Part shown: positions 18,383-28,567 of the stretch, piece by piece | Numbering within the stretch: position 1 is the first letter of the stretch | How the letters are laid out: each line of letters opens with the position of its first letter | NCBI GenBank assembly: GCA_023393065.1 | Contig: JAEWMX010000006.1 | Coordinates: 54,378-118,377, forward strand | Direction: 5' to 3' | Length of the DNA: 64,000 bases | Source: Bacillota bacterium | GTDB taxonomy: Bacteria; Bacillota_I; Bacilli_A; RFN20; CAG-826 | Notes under the pieces: model-generated | Database searches by the model: none | What the model was told of the DNA's origin: nothing | The model's input: only the letters and a program-made list of their open reading frames with translations | Position numbers and translations under genes: made by a program

Positions 18383-20476
18383 ATGTTCGATCCGAAGAAA
18401 TCAACACCGAAAGTCGACCACGAAGAAAAGTGCTCCGGCCAAGCCCAATATGTCTCGGACATCGTTTTAGACGACATGCTCTATGCTAAGACGGTGCGCT
18501 CCACGATTGCTCGAGGATATATTCGCGCGATTGGCATTCCCACCCTTCCTCGCGGTTATCACATCGTCGACCACCGCGATGTCGTCAAAGAAAATTATGT
18601 CAAAATGATTTTTAATGACTGGCCCGTTTTTACCGTCGACCGCGTCAACTACATCGGCGAACCGATCATGCTCGTGGTCGGTCCCGACAAGCGCGTCATC
18701 GACGAAATCATCTCGGAAATTAAAATTGATTACGAAGAGGAGACGCCGGTTTTTGATTATTCAAAAAGCGTCGTTCACAAATCTTTCACCAAAGGTGATT
18801 TGAAAGCGACGAGCAAAGATGCCGTTCGCGTCATCAAAGAAACTTTTAATACTGGATATCAAGAGCAAGCGTACATTGAACCGCAAGGCATGCTCGCCTA
18901 TTTAGAAGAGGGCGGCAAAGTTACTTTAGTCGGTTCGATGCAGTGTCCCTATTATATAAAAAACGCCGTCATCAACACTCTGGGATATCCCGAGGATAAG
19001 GTGCGCGTCATTCAACCCGCCGTCGGAGGCGCTTTTGGCGGCAAAGAAGAATTTCCTTCGACGACCGCCTGCCAACTCGCGACGGCTGTCGTCAAAATCA
19101 AGAAGCCGATTAAGATGATTTTCGAACGCGAAGAGGATATGCTCGTCACGACGAAGCGCCATCCTTCGACGACGACCCTCGAAGTTCTCATCGATAAGAA
19201 CAATAAAGTGCTGGGGATTAAAGCCCATGTCAGCTTAGACGCGGGGGCCTACATCGGTTTAAGCGGTGTCGTCTTGTCGCGTTCGATGCTCGCTGTCACC
19301 AATGCCTATACCATCAATAATCTCGATGTCAGCGGTGATGTCTATATTACGAACACCGTTCCGACCGGAGCCTTTCGCGGCTTTGGTTCGCCGCAGATGA
19401 TCTTTGCCATCGAAATGTTTATGAATCACCTCGCCAAAGATTTAGGCCTTGATCCATTCGAGTTTCGTCTTAATCACTTAGTAAAACAAGGTGATCTAAC
19501 CTCGACATCCGGAATCTTCCGCGACCCGATCATCATGAAAGATATGATTGCTAAAGCCGCTGAGATTTCCGACTATCACAACAAGACTAAAGAATATGCC
19601 AAACCAGGCGTTTACAAAGGAATCGGCATGAGTTGGTTCTTACACGGGTGCGGTTTTACCGGCGATGGTGAGAGCACGCACATTAAGGCCAAAGTCCGAC
19701 TCGTCAAAGACGAGCAAGACTATGTTCGTTTGCATATCGCCGCCGTCGATATGGGGCAAGGCGCTAAAACCTCGCTTAAGCGCATCGTCGCCATGACCTT
19801 AGGTATCGACAACGAAAAAGTAATCTTTGATTATCCCGACACCGATTTGGCACCTGATTCGGGGCCGTCCGTCGCATCGCGCACGGTGATGATTGTCGGC
19901 GGTCTATTAGCCCGAGCCGCTCAAAATCTCAAAGACAACTGGAAGAAAGGCGAACGCCAGGAAATCATCGAGCACTACAAACAACCGGATTACATCGAAT
20001 GGGATGAAAGCAAACTGCGCGGAGACGCTTATCCGGCTTATTCGTGGGGTGTCAATGTCGTCGAAGTTGAAGTCTCTCCGATTTCTTACGAAGTCGAGCT
20101 CAAAGGTATTTGGAGCGTCTACGATGTCGGCAAAGCCATCGATGAAAGAATGCTCGTCGGACAAGCCGACGGAGGCATTACCCAAGGCGTAGCCTATGGC
20201 TATCTAGAAGTTATGCGCCACGAAAACGGCAAACTGAAACAGAAGAATTTAACTGATTACATCATACCGACATCGATGGATATGCCGCCGATGGAAACCG
20301 TGATAATGGATAATCCGTTTGCCTATGGTCCGTATGGCGCGAAAGGCGCTGGCGAACTGACCTTAGTCGGAGGGGCGCCGGCTGTCGCTTTAGCGATTGA
20401 AAATGCCATTAAACGCCGCATCAATCGCATTCCCGCCACCCCTGAACACATCATGGAGTTATTAAACAATGAATAA
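18383..20476 (+). CDS. molybdenum hydroxylase molybdopterin-binding large subunit, triad 2
   Basis: 697 aa. Paralogous to 11130..13433 (GGAFGGK, MGQGAKT, GELT motifs). Confidence 0.9.
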   Translation: MFDPKKSTPKVDHEEKCSGQAQYVSDIVLDDMLYAKTVRSTIARGYIRAIGIPTLPRGYHIVDHRDVVKENYVKMIFNDWPVFTVDRVNYIGEPIMLVVGPDKRVIDEIISEIKIDYEEETPVFDYSKSVVHKSFTKGDLKATSKDAVRVIKETFNTGYQEQAYIEPQGMLAYLEEGGKVTLVGSMQCPYYIKNAVINTLGYPEDKVRVIQPAVGGAFGGKEEFPSTTACQLATAVVKIKKPIKMIFEREEDMLVTTKRHPSTTTLEVLIDKNNKVLGIKAHVSLDAGAYIGLSGVVLSRSMLAVTNAYTINNLDVSGDVYITNTVPTGAFRGFGSPQMIFAIEMFMNHLAKDLGLDPFEFRLNHLVKQGDLTSTSGIFRDPIIMKDMIAKAAEISDYHNKTKEYAKPGVYKGIGMSWFLHGCGFTGDGESTHIKAKVRLVKDEQDYVRLHIAAVDMGQGAKTSLKRIVAMTLGIDNEKVIFDYPDTDLAPDSGPSVASRTVMIVGGLLARAAQNLKDNWKKGERQEIIEHYKQPDYIEWDESKLRGDAYPAYSWGVNVVEVEVSPISYEVELKGIWSVYDVGKAIDERMLVGQADGGITQGVAYGYLEVMRHENGKLKQKNLTDYIIPTSMDMPPMETVIMDNPFAYGPYGAKGAGELTLVGGAPAVALAIENAIKRRINRIPATPEHIMELLNNE

Positions 20477-20942
20477 GATTAGATTTAATTTAAATGGACA
20501 AGATGTCGCCGTCGAACTCAATCCGAGCTTGCGCTTGCTTGATGTTTTACGCGATCACTTCCATCTGACTGGCACCAAAGAAGGGTGCGGTGAAGGCGAA
20601 TGCGGAGCGTGTTCGGTTTTAATTAACGGTCGCGTCGTCAACAGTTGTTGCTTTCCACTGGCTAATGCCAATGGCAAAAAAATAATGACAATCGAAGGGC
20701 TTGCCGCCACCGAGCGCTACCAAGTGCTTAAAGATGCCTTTCACATCGAAGGTGGTTCGCAATGTGGCATTTGCACACCGGGGATGATCATGGCGGCCGA
20801 AAGCCTTCTTTCAATGAATCCTCATCCGACCGATGAAGAAATTCGAATCGGCCTCTCCGGCAATTTGTGCCGCTGCACCGGTTACAACATGATTATCAAG
20901 GCGGTTAAAGTCGCCGCCAAGTTAGGAGAAGGTTTATGGTAA
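20469..20942 (+). CDS. molybdenum hydroxylase 2Fe-2S subunit, triad 2
   Basis: 157 aa. CGEGECGACSV and CGICTPG...CRCTGY motifs. Confidence 0.9.
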   Translation: MNKIRFNLNGQDVAVELNPSLRLLDVLRDHFHLTGTKEGCGEGECGACSVLINGRVVNSCCFPLANANGKKIMTIEGLAATERYQVLKDAFHIEGGSQCGICTPGMIMAAESLLSMNPHPTDEEIRIGLSGNLCRCTGYNMIIKAVKVAAKLGEGLW

Positions 20943-21784
20943 GACACATTATTCCTAACAATCTCAAAGAAGCCCTTATTTATTTAACCGAGGGTCCTTT
21001 TCACATCATGGCCGGCGGTACGGATTTGATGATTCAAAGGCGCAGCTCGGCTGGCACACCACCGAAATTTGCCAAAGATGTGCTCTACATCGCAAATCTC
21101 GAAGAGCTTAATTACATCAAAAAAGACGAAGAGCACAATTGCTTGAGAATTGGCGCGGCGACTAAACTTGAAGATATCTGCCATCACGATGATGTTCCGG
21201 CCTTGCTTAAAGATGTCATCCGCGAGATTGGAAGCCCCGGCATTCGCCATAGTGGAACCTTGGGAGGAAACATCGCAAATGCATCTCCTGCGGGAGACAG
21301 TCTCGTCGCTTTATATCTCTTTGACGCCGAAGTCGTTTTGTTAAGCGTCGATGGCGAGCGCACCATGCTTCTTAAAAACTTTATCACCGGTGTTCGCCGC
21401 ATCGACCTTCACGCTAACGAGCTGATCAAAGAAATCATCATTCCAAATGTTTTAATGACTAATTATAAATGGTATAAAGTCGGAGGGCGACGCGCAGATT
21501 CGATCAGCAAAGTCTCTTTCGCCGGATTATATCTAGTCAATTTTGGATTAGTTGCCGATATCCGTTTTGCTTTCGGCTCCGTTTCAGCGACCGTGGCGCG
21601 CAGCCTCGAACTGGAAAATTCATTGAAAAACCGGCCTATCGAGCAAGTTATCGCTGAATTGCCGCGTATTTTAGAAGAGACAAATAAGTTGATTTCGCCG
21701 ATTGATGATCAGCGCTCAAACAAAATTTATCGTCGCAAAGTAGCAAACAATATCATGGAACGCTTTATTAAAAGCATGAAGTAA
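20936..21784 (+). CDS. molybdenum hydroxylase FAD-binding subunit, triad 2
   Basis: 282 aa. FAD_binding_5-like motifs (IMAGGTDLM, HSGTLGGNIANASPAGD). Confidence 0.85.
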   Translation: MVRHIIPNNLKEALIYLTEGPFHIMAGGTDLMIQRRSSAGTPPKFAKDVLYIANLEELNYIKKDEEHNCLRIGAATKLEDICHHDDVPALLKDVIREIGSPGIRHSGTLGGNIANASPAGDSLVALYLFDAEVVLLSVDGERTMLLKNFITGVRRIDLHANELIKEIIIPNVLMTNYKWYKVGGRRADSISKVSFAGLYLVNFGLVADIRFAFGSVSATVARSLELENSLKNRPIEQVIAELPRILEETNKLISPIDDQRSNKIYRRKVANNIMERFIKSMK

Positions 21785-21797
21785 AGAAGGTGTGATA

Positions 21798-23042
21798 ATG
21801 CATAAGTTCAAAGGTTATCGCTGCACATTATGCGGCAAGACTTATAGCCCTGATGAGGCGCTTTATACCTGTCCTTCTTGTGGCGAAAAAGGCATTTTGG
21901 ATGTCGAATACGATTATGAGAAATTAAAGAATACGATAACGCTTGATTACTTTAAAAATAATCGCGATTATTCGATGTGGCGCTACGCCCCGCTCATGAG
22001 CATGCCGGACGATCACATCAAGGAGATGCTCAGAATTGGCTGGACGCCACTATATAAATCAAAGCGCCTCGCCGAATATCTAGGTATCAAGGAGCTCTAC
22101 ATTAAAGATGAAGGTCTGAATCCCAGCGGTTCAACTAAAGACCGAGCCAGCGGCGTCGCCGTCTTAAAAGCCATCGAAGCGGGGGCGCAAACCATTTCCT
22201 GCTCATCGACAGGCAACGCTGCATCAAGCTGTGCATGCCAAGCCGCGCACATGGGCTTAAAGAGCGTTATTTTCGTGCCCAAAAGAGCGCCGATTGGCAA
22301 GTTGACGCAACTATCCATTTACGGAGCGACAGTCATCTGCGTCGACGGCGATTACAAAGACACGTATAACTTATCGCGTAAAGCGATTGAAACTTATCAT
22401 TGGTATAACCGCAATGCGGCGATTAACCCGCACATGGTCGAAGGCAAAAAAACCGTCGCTTTAGAAATTGCCGAGCAACTCGATTTCGCACCGACTGACT
22501 GGGTGGCGATTTCCGTGGGAGACGGCTGTAGCGTCGGTGGTGTTTACAAGGGTGTCTTCGATTTGTATCAATTAGGCCTCATCAAACGCATTCCCAAAAT
22601 TCTCGGAGTGCAGAGTTCAGGATGTGCGCCGTTCGTGACGGCGTTTGAAAATAACGAACCGCTTAAGGAAGCCGATGAAAACACTTTGGCCGACTCTATC
22701 GCCGTCGGCATTCCCCGCAACCCGAATAAAGGCTTAAATGCCATCAAAAAGAGCGGCGGGCACTTTATAAGTGTCAGCGATAAGCATATACTAGAGAGTA
22801 TGGCGCTTTTAGGGCGCCTGGAAGGCATCTTCGGAGAACCGGCTGGCGTGACTGCGCTAGCGGGCGTCGAAGAGGCTCTGCATAGAGGTGTAATCAGACC
22901 CGATGAGTCGGTGACATTCATTGTTACCGGCAACGGATTAAAAGACCCGACCAATGCGCAAAAAGCAATCAGTCCACCCATCCTTCTCAAGCCCGATATC
23001 GAGGCCCTAAACAAGTATTTAAAAGAAAAAGGAGTCAAATAA
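21798..23042 (+). CDS. fold-type II PLP-dependent enzyme, threonine-synthase-like, with N-terminal Cys4 zinc ribbon
   Basis: CTLCGK...CPSCGEKG zinc ribbon. PLP-lysine motif NPSGSTKDRAS plus SSTGNAASS, closely patterned on ThrC (NPTGSFKDRG...STGNTSAS). ATG 21798 chosen over GTG 21792, which lies inside the RBS AAGGTG. Confidence 0.75.
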   Translation: MHKFKGYRCTLCGKTYSPDEALYTCPSCGEKGILDVEYDYEKLKNTITLDYFKNNRDYSMWRYAPLMSMPDDHIKEMLRIGWTPLYKSKRLAEYLGIKELYIKDEGLNPSGSTKDRASGVAVLKAIEAGAQTISCSSTGNAASSCACQAAHMGLKSVIFVPKRAPIGKLTQLSIYGATVICVDGDYKDTYNLSRKAIETYHWYNRNAAINPHMVEGKKTVALEIAEQLDFAPTDWVAISVGDGCSVGGVYKGVFDLYQLGLIKRIPKILGVQSSGCAPFVTAFENNEPLKEADENTLADSIAVGIPRNPNKGLNAIKKSGGHFISVSDKHILESMALLGRLEGIFGEPAGVTALAGVEEALHRGVIRPDESVTFIVTGNGLKDPTNAQKAISPPILLKPDIEALNKYLKEKGVK

Positions 23043-23044
23043 AC

Positions 23045-24412
23045 ATGACAAAAATTCCCTTTGGACCGACCTATGATGAGATGCTTCATCCGGATCACAT
23101 CGACCCGGAAATTCGCGCGAAAGCCCTAAAGGCTAAATACGCCGATGAGCTCGATCCCATCAATCTTTTCAACATCAATTGGAAAGATGATAATGGCCAG
23201 GTCCGCAAAATTGTTCTCCCCAAAGCTCTGACCGGCGTCGAAGCCAACATCGTCGTGCTCTTAGGAAAGCAATTCCCCTCTGGTTCCCACAAAGTCGGAC
23301 CAGCTTATTCAACCCTGATTGAAGGATGCATCGATGGAGATATCATTCCAGGCAAACACACGATTTTAGGACCATCGACCGGTAACTTTGGCATCGGCGT
23401 TTCCTACATCGCCAACTTGATGAAATATCAAGCCATCGTCATCATGCCCGACAACATGTCGAAAGAGCGCTATGATCGCATTCAGCGCTATGGAGCCAAA
23501 CTCGATTTGACACCAGGTTCCGAATCCGATGTCATCTTGACTCTTGAAAGAACGTACGAACTTAAGAAAAATCCTAATTATCGCACTCTCGCCCAATTTG
23601 AATTGATGCCGAACTATCGCTTTCATCGCCACGTGACTGGCAACAGTTGTGTCGAAGCCGTTAAAGGCGTCGGCAATGGCCGTATCGCCTGCTTCGCCTC
23701 GGCGCCAGGAAGCGCGGGCACATTAGCAGCCGGCGACGGCATCAAAGCCGTCTTCCCCGAATGTAAAATTGCCGCCCTCGAACCTTATGAGTGCTCAACT
23801 CTTACCAATGGTGGACGCGGCCAGCATCGCATCGAAGGCATCGGCGATAAGATGTGCACCCTGATTCACAATATCATTACGACCGATTTCATCGCTTTAA
23901 TCAAAGATGACGATTCGGTTCGCGGTCTTAAAATTATCCATGACGCCCCACAGGTTTTAGTCCGCCACGGCGTCGACAAAAAGGTCGCCGAAGGCATGCG
24001 TGAATTATTTGGCGTATCCGGCATTTGCAACATCTTAGGCGCCATTAAAATGGCGAAGCACTTGAGACTAGGTCCTGGAGATAACGTTGTGACGATTGCC
24101 ACCGACGGCTACGATCGCTATGAGAGCGTCCTTGAACTGCTCGAAAAGCGCGAGCTCGAAACGGCCGACTATGTCTTGGAACGCTGGTATAAGGATATCT
24201 TCCTCGGCGCCGAAGACGCCTACATCGAAGATGCTCGCTTGCCGAAAGTCAAAGAGCGCCTCTTCAAGCAGAAGGAAAACGACTGGCTAAAATTTGGCTA
24301 TACGCAGCAATATCTCGATGCGATGAGACATCCCGAATTCTGGGAAGCCGAATATCACAAAGTCTTCGAATATGACGAGAAGATCAAAAAAATGAGAGGA
24401 AAAGCACTATGA
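23045..24412 (+). CDS. fold-type II PLP-dependent enzyme (CysK/TrpB-like core with ~100-aa C-terminal extension)
   Basis: 455 aa. [10 protein letters not shown] (PLP lysine) and [13 protein letters not shown] glycine loop. The region after ~330 aa has no CysK counterpart. Confidence 0.7.
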   Translation: MTKIPFGPTYDEMLHPDHIDPEIRAKALKAKYADELDPINLFNINWKDDNGQVRKIVLPKALTGVEANIVVLLGKQFPSGSHKVGPAYSTLIEGCIDGDIIPGKHTILGPSTGNFGIGVSYIANLMKYQAIVIMPDNMSKERYDRIQRYGAKLDLTPGSESDVILTLERTYELKKNPNYRTLAQFELMPNYRFHRHVTGNSCVEAVKGVGNGRIACFASAPGSAGTLAAGDGIKAVFPECKIAALEPYECSTLTNGGRGQHRIEGIGDKMCTLIHNIITTDFIALIKDDDSVRGLKIIHDAPQVLVRHGVDKKVAEGMRELFGVSGICNILGAIKMAKHLRLGPGDNVVTIATDGYDRYESVLELLEKRELETADYVLERWYKDIFLGAEDAYIEDARLPKVKERLFKQKENDWLKFGYTQQYLDAMRHPEFWEAEYHKVFEYDEKIKKMRGKAL

Positions 24413-25626
24413 ACAAAAAAATCCCTTTTAGCGAAATCCTAAAAAAAGCCGAATCTTACAAAAAAGAGATGACGGCCTTTCTCCGCGACATGATTGCCCT
24501 ACCGAGCGAATCGTGCCAGGAAAAAGAAGTTATTCACCGCATCAAACAAGAGATGGAAAAAGTTGGTTTCGACCGTGTCGTCATCGATAAGATGGGTAAT
24601 GTCTTAGGCTACATCGGCCACGGCAAACACCTCATTGGCATGGACGCTCATATCGACACCGTCGGCATCGGTGACATTCGCAACTGGACTTTTGATCCAT
24701 ACAAGGGCTACGAAGACGATGTCCACATCGGCGGTCGTGGCGCCAGCGACCAAGAAGGCGGCATGGCCGCGATGGTCTACGCTGGGAAAATCATTAAGGA
24801 TTTAGGTCTTGAAGACGACTACACACTGGTTGTTACGGGCACCGTCCAAGAAGAAGACTGCGACGGACTCCCTTGGCAATATATCATTGAGGAAGACAAA
24901 GTTCGCCCCGAATTCGTCGTGATTACCGAACCGACCTCGTGCCGCATCTATCGCGGCCATCGCGGAAGGATGGAAATCAAAGTGACGACGCGCGGCATCT
25001 CTTGCCATGGCAGCGCCCCGGAAAGAGGCGACAATGCCATCTATAAGATGGGACCGATTATCGGCGAGATCAAACAACTCAATGAGCGGTTGAAATTCGA
25101 TCCGTTCCTCGGCAAAGGCACGATGACGATCAGCGAGATCTTTCACACCTCGCCATCGCGCTGCGCGGTTGCCGACAGCTGCTGGATCTCCATCGACCGC
25201 CGTTTGACGATGGGCGAGACGCATTTAGGCGCCCTTGACGAAATCAGAGCTTTACCCTCGGTTAAAGCTGCTGGTGCCACCGTCGAAATGTACATGTATG
25301 AACGTCCGTCATGGACGGGCTTAGTCTATCCTACCGAGTCCTATTTCCCGACGTGGGTTATTCCCGCCGACCATGTCATTTGTACGTCCTCGGTCGAAGC
25401 TTATAAAGGCTTATTTAGCAAAGACCCGGTCGTTGACAAATGGACCTTCTCGACGAATGGCGTAACCATCATGGGACGCTATGGCATTCCCTGCATCGGC
25501 TTTGGGCCCGGTGACGAAAAAGAGGCACATGCGCCAAACGAAAAGACGAGAAAAGAAGATCTCGTCATCGCCGCTGCGCTCTATGCCGCCATTCCTTTGA
25601 TGTATGTTAGTCAACTCAAAAAATAA
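24409..25626 (+). CDS. ygeY: M20 family metallopeptidase/amidohydrolase, YgeY-type
   Basis: 405 aa. Typical M20 metal-binding His/Asp/Glu pattern ([15 protein letters not shown]). Conserved context next to ygeW. Confidence 0.8.
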   Translation: MNKKIPFSEILKKAESYKKEMTAFLRDMIALPSESCQEKEVIHRIKQEMEKVGFDRVVIDKMGNVLGYIGHGKHLIGMDAHIDTVGIGDIRNWTFDPYKGYEDDVHIGGRGASDQEGGMAAMVYAGKIIKDLGLEDDYTLVVTGTVQEEDCDGLPWQYIIEEDKVRPEFVVITEPTSCRIYRGHRGRMEIKVTTRGISCHGSAPERGDNAIYKMGPIIGEIKQLNERLKFDPFLGKGTMTISEIFHTSPSRCAVADSCWISIDRRLTMGETHLGALDEIRALPSVKAAGATVEMYMYERPSWTGLVYPTESYFPTWVIPADHVICTSSVEAYKGLFSKDPVVDKWTFSTNGVTIMGRYGIPCIGFGPGDEKEAHAPNEKTRKEDLVIAAALYAAIPLMYVSQLKK

Positions 25627-25637
25627 GGAGAAAATGA

Positions 25638-26648
25638 ATGAGTAAATTGTTCTACAAAAAAACGATGAAACCCCTCTTCAAAGGTCGTCACTTCATCACC
25701 CTTGAAGAATGGACCAAAGATGAAATCGACAAGCTGCTTGAAGTATCCTACGATTTAAAAAACAAATTCTATAAGAACATTCCGACCCCATATCTCGAGA
25801 ACAAAACCGGCTTCTTGATGTTCTTTGAACAATCGACGAGAACGAGAAACTCGATGGAATCAGGTCTCGCCCAGCTCGGCGGACACGCGACGTTCCTCGA
25901 CACGTCAATGATGCAGATTTCACACGGCGAAAGCGCGAAAGACACCGCCGTCATCCTCTCTTCTTTCGGACACGGCATCGCCTGCCGCTACTGCAATTAC
26001 GGCGTCGGCAATAAATACATTCGCGAGATGGCTGCGCATTCGACTGTGCCGGTCATGAATTTGCAATGCGACCTGTATCACCCGATGCAAGCCTTGGCCG
26101 ACTTGATGACCATTCAGGAAGTCTTTACGACGACCAAACATCTCAAAGTATCAATTATATGGGCCTACGCCGAAAGCCATAAAAAACCGATCAGCGTCCC
26201 TCTTTCACAAATTCTGCTCTTCCCTCGCTATGCGATGGATGTCACCCTCGCTTATCCGGAAGGCTATGACCTCCCAGACTGGGCGATTGAAAAAGCTAAG
26301 AAAAACGCTGAAGAAAATGGTGGCTCTTTCCGCATTACGCATGACATGAAAGAAGCCTTTAAAGACGCCGATGTCGTCATTCCGAAGAACTGGGGCAGCT
26401 GGGTTAAGAACCAGTCGACCGTCGTCGTCGATGATTACATCAAGACGCTAAAAGACTGGAAGTGCACCGAAGAGATGATTAAACTCGCCAGCCCGAATGT
26501 CAAATACATGCACGCTCTTCCGGCTGACCGCGGTAACGAAGTTGAAGACTCCGTCATCGACGGCCCGCACTCGATCGTCTATCAGGAAGCCGAAAATCGC
26601 TTGCACACCGCCAAAGCTGTTATGGCGATGACGATGGGCGACAAGTAA
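25638..26648 (+). CDS. ygeW: YgeW-type (knotted) carbamoyltransferase
   Basis: 336 aa. Carbamoyl-phosphate-binding STRTR motif (FEQSTRTRNSMESG) and HALP-like HxLP. RBS AAGGAG 8 nt upstream of ATG 25638. Confidence 0.85.
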   Translation: MSKLFYKKTMKPLFKGRHFITLEEWTKDEIDKLLEVSYDLKNKFYKNIPTPYLENKTGFLMFFEQSTRTRNSMESGLAQLGGHATFLDTSMMQISHGESAKDTAVILSSFGHGIACRYCNYGVGNKYIREMAAHSTVPVMNLQCDLYHPMQALADLMTIQEVFTTTKHLKVSIIWAYAESHKKPISVPLSQILLFPRYAMDVTLAYPEGYDLPDWAIEKAKKNAEENGGSFRITHDMKEAFKDADVVIPKNWGSWVKNQSTVVVDDYIKTLKDWKCTEEMIKLASPNVKYMHALPADRGNEVEDSVIDGPHSIVYQEAENRLHTAKAVMAMTMGDK

Positions 26649-26748
26649 AACCCCAAATCTCTGACGAGGATTGCCAAGAAATTGGCAGTCCTTTTTTATT
26701 TCTTTTGTTACAAATACTTGAGTATTACAATAAATACAGGGGAATTGC

Positions 26749-27126
26749 ATGGACATTTTTAATGATGAACGGCGATTGAAAAGTCGCGTCAATAACCTCA
26801 TGGCGGCGATGATCGTCGGCCGCCAACTCAGAAACAATATACGGCTGAGAACCGCCTCTTTTAGCGGAGTTAAGACCATTGGCTTTTTTTATGTTCGCGA
26901 AAACATATCGTGTCGCCTAGATATCGATTTTGAAGTCATGAGCGGTCGGGCCAAGGTCATTCTCGTTCACAAGGATACGATGGTCGATGTCGCCACCAGC
27001 ACAGGCAAGGAAGCCCGCATCGTTAAATTGGATAAAGGTTTTAATCGCTTGCGCCTCGTTGGTGAAAAAGCCGATGTCAAGCTCACTCTTGTTTTGACCA
27101 AAGGAATAACATATCTTGACGAGTAA
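26749..27126 (+). CDS. hypothetical protein, 125 aa
   Basis: RBS-like AGGGGA 6 nt upstream. No recognisable domain. Follows a weak hairpin and T-run after ygeW. Confidence 0.35.
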   Translation: MDIFNDERRLKSRVNNLMAAMIVGRQLRNNIRLRTASFSGVKTIGFFYVRENISCRLDIDFEVMSGRAKVILVHKDTMVDVATSTGKEARIVKLDKGFNRLRLVGEKADVKLTLVLTKGITYLDE

Positions 27127-27706
27127 ATTTTCTTTACGGGATATTACGATTAGAAGCGAAACGGAAAAGGATTTCTTATTGGTCGAAAAAATGATTCGCC
27201 AGTCCTTTTGGAATGTCTATAAGCCCAAGTGCGACGAGCATTATTTGACACACATTCTTCGCGTGCATGAAGACTTTTTACCCGAGCTGACGAGGATTGC
27301 GATATATCAAAGTCAAATCGTCGGAGCGATTTTTTACGCGAAGTCGCACATTGTTACAAAGGAAACGAGGCACGATGTCATCACCTTTGGGCCACTAGCC
27401 GTTCATCCCGAATTTCAACGCCAAGGCATCGGGGCGATACTCATGCGTGAAACTATTCATTTAGCTAAAAAGCTAGGTTATAAAGCTATCATCATTTATG
27501 GCGAACCTAATTACTATCCGAAGTATGGATTTAAACGAGCCAAAGATTTTGAAATCACACAGCCGGACGGGACTTATCTCGATGCCTTGATGACTTATGA
27601 GCTCGAAGATGGTTATCTACAAAACAAGAAAGGTTATTTTCTAGTCTCTGAGGTATACTTAAATATCGAAGCCGAAGATGTCGAGAAATACGACCGACAA
27701 TTTTAA
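27116..27706 (+). CDS. GNAT family N-acetyltransferase
   Basis: 196 aa. Acetyl-CoA binding pattern (QRQGIGAILM). Start codon uncertain (TTG 27116 or ATG 27191). Confidence 0.7.
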   Translation: MTSKFSLRDITIRSETEKDFLLVEKMIRQSFWNVYKPKCDEHYLTHILRVHEDFLPELTRIAIYQSQIVGAIFYAKSHIVTKETRHDVITFGPLAVHPEFQRQGIGAILMRETIHLAKKLGYKAIIIYGEPNYYPKYGFKRAKDFEITQPDGTYLDALMTYELEDGYLQNKKGYFLVSEVYLNIEAEDVEKYDRQF

Positions 27707-27718
27707 CAATAGGTGAAT

Positions 27719-28567
27719 ATGGATTATATCCTCGATGTAAAAAATCTAACGAAAAGATACGAAAACTTTACCTTAAATAAAGTATCTTTTTCTTTAGAAA
27801 AGGGCAAGATTACCGGCTTCATTGGTCGGAACGGTGCAGGAAAGACAACAACTTTTAAATCGCTCTTTAATTTTGTTCATCCCGACGCGGGAGATGTCGT
27901 TGTTTTTGGCAAGTCCTTTAAAGAATACGAATTAGATATTAAAAGCCGTATTGGCTTTGTCCTCGGTGGAGCCTCTTATTATCTGAATAAGAAGGTTAAA
28001 ACGATTACGGAAGCCGCAAAAACTTTTTATTCGCGATGGGATGATGACGAATATCGCTTTTATCTCGAGCGTTTCGGAATTGATGATAACAAAACGGTTT
28101 CGAAGCTCTCGTCGGGCACGAAAGTCAAATACGCTTTAGCATTAGCCCTTTCTCACCACGCTGAACTCTTGATACTCGACGAACCGACAAGCGGACTAGA
28201 TCCCGTTTCGCGCGATGAAATTTTGCAGATATTCCTCGATTTAGTCGAGCGCGGAATCACGATTCTCTTCTCGACTCACATCACCTCCGATTTAGACTAT
28301 TGCGCCGATAATATAATATATATTAAAAATGGTGAAATTATCGCCGAGAATAAACTATCCGTTTTTATCGATCAATACCAAATTTTGGAATTCAATAAAG
28401 AATATTTAAACGAAAATCTAATAACAAAAGCGCTTGGTCATCGACGCACAAAAAACGGCACCTCGCTGCTCTTTTTCAAAGACGCCGTTGTCCAAGAACC
28501 GCACAAGCGAATAAAAACCGACCTCGATGCGATTATGGTTCACCTCGAGCAGGAGAATCATCTATGA
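27719..28567 (+). CDS. ABC transporter ATP-binding protein
   Basis: Walker A GRNGAGKTT, signature LSSGTK, Walker B LILDEPTSGLD. Confidence 0.85.
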   Translation: MDYILDVKNLTKRYENFTLNKVSFSLEKGKITGFIGRNGAGKTTTFKSLFNFVHPDAGDVVVFGKSFKEYELDIKSRIGFVLGGASYYLNKKVKTITEAAKTFYSRWDDDEYRFYLERFGIDDNKTVSKLSSGTKVKYALALALSHHAELLILDEPTSGLDPVSRDEILQIFLDLVERGITILFSTHITSDLDYCADNIIYIKNGEIIAENKLSVFIDQYQILEFNKEYLNENLITKALGHRRTKNGTSLLFFKDAVVQEPHKRIKTDLDAIMVHLEQENHL

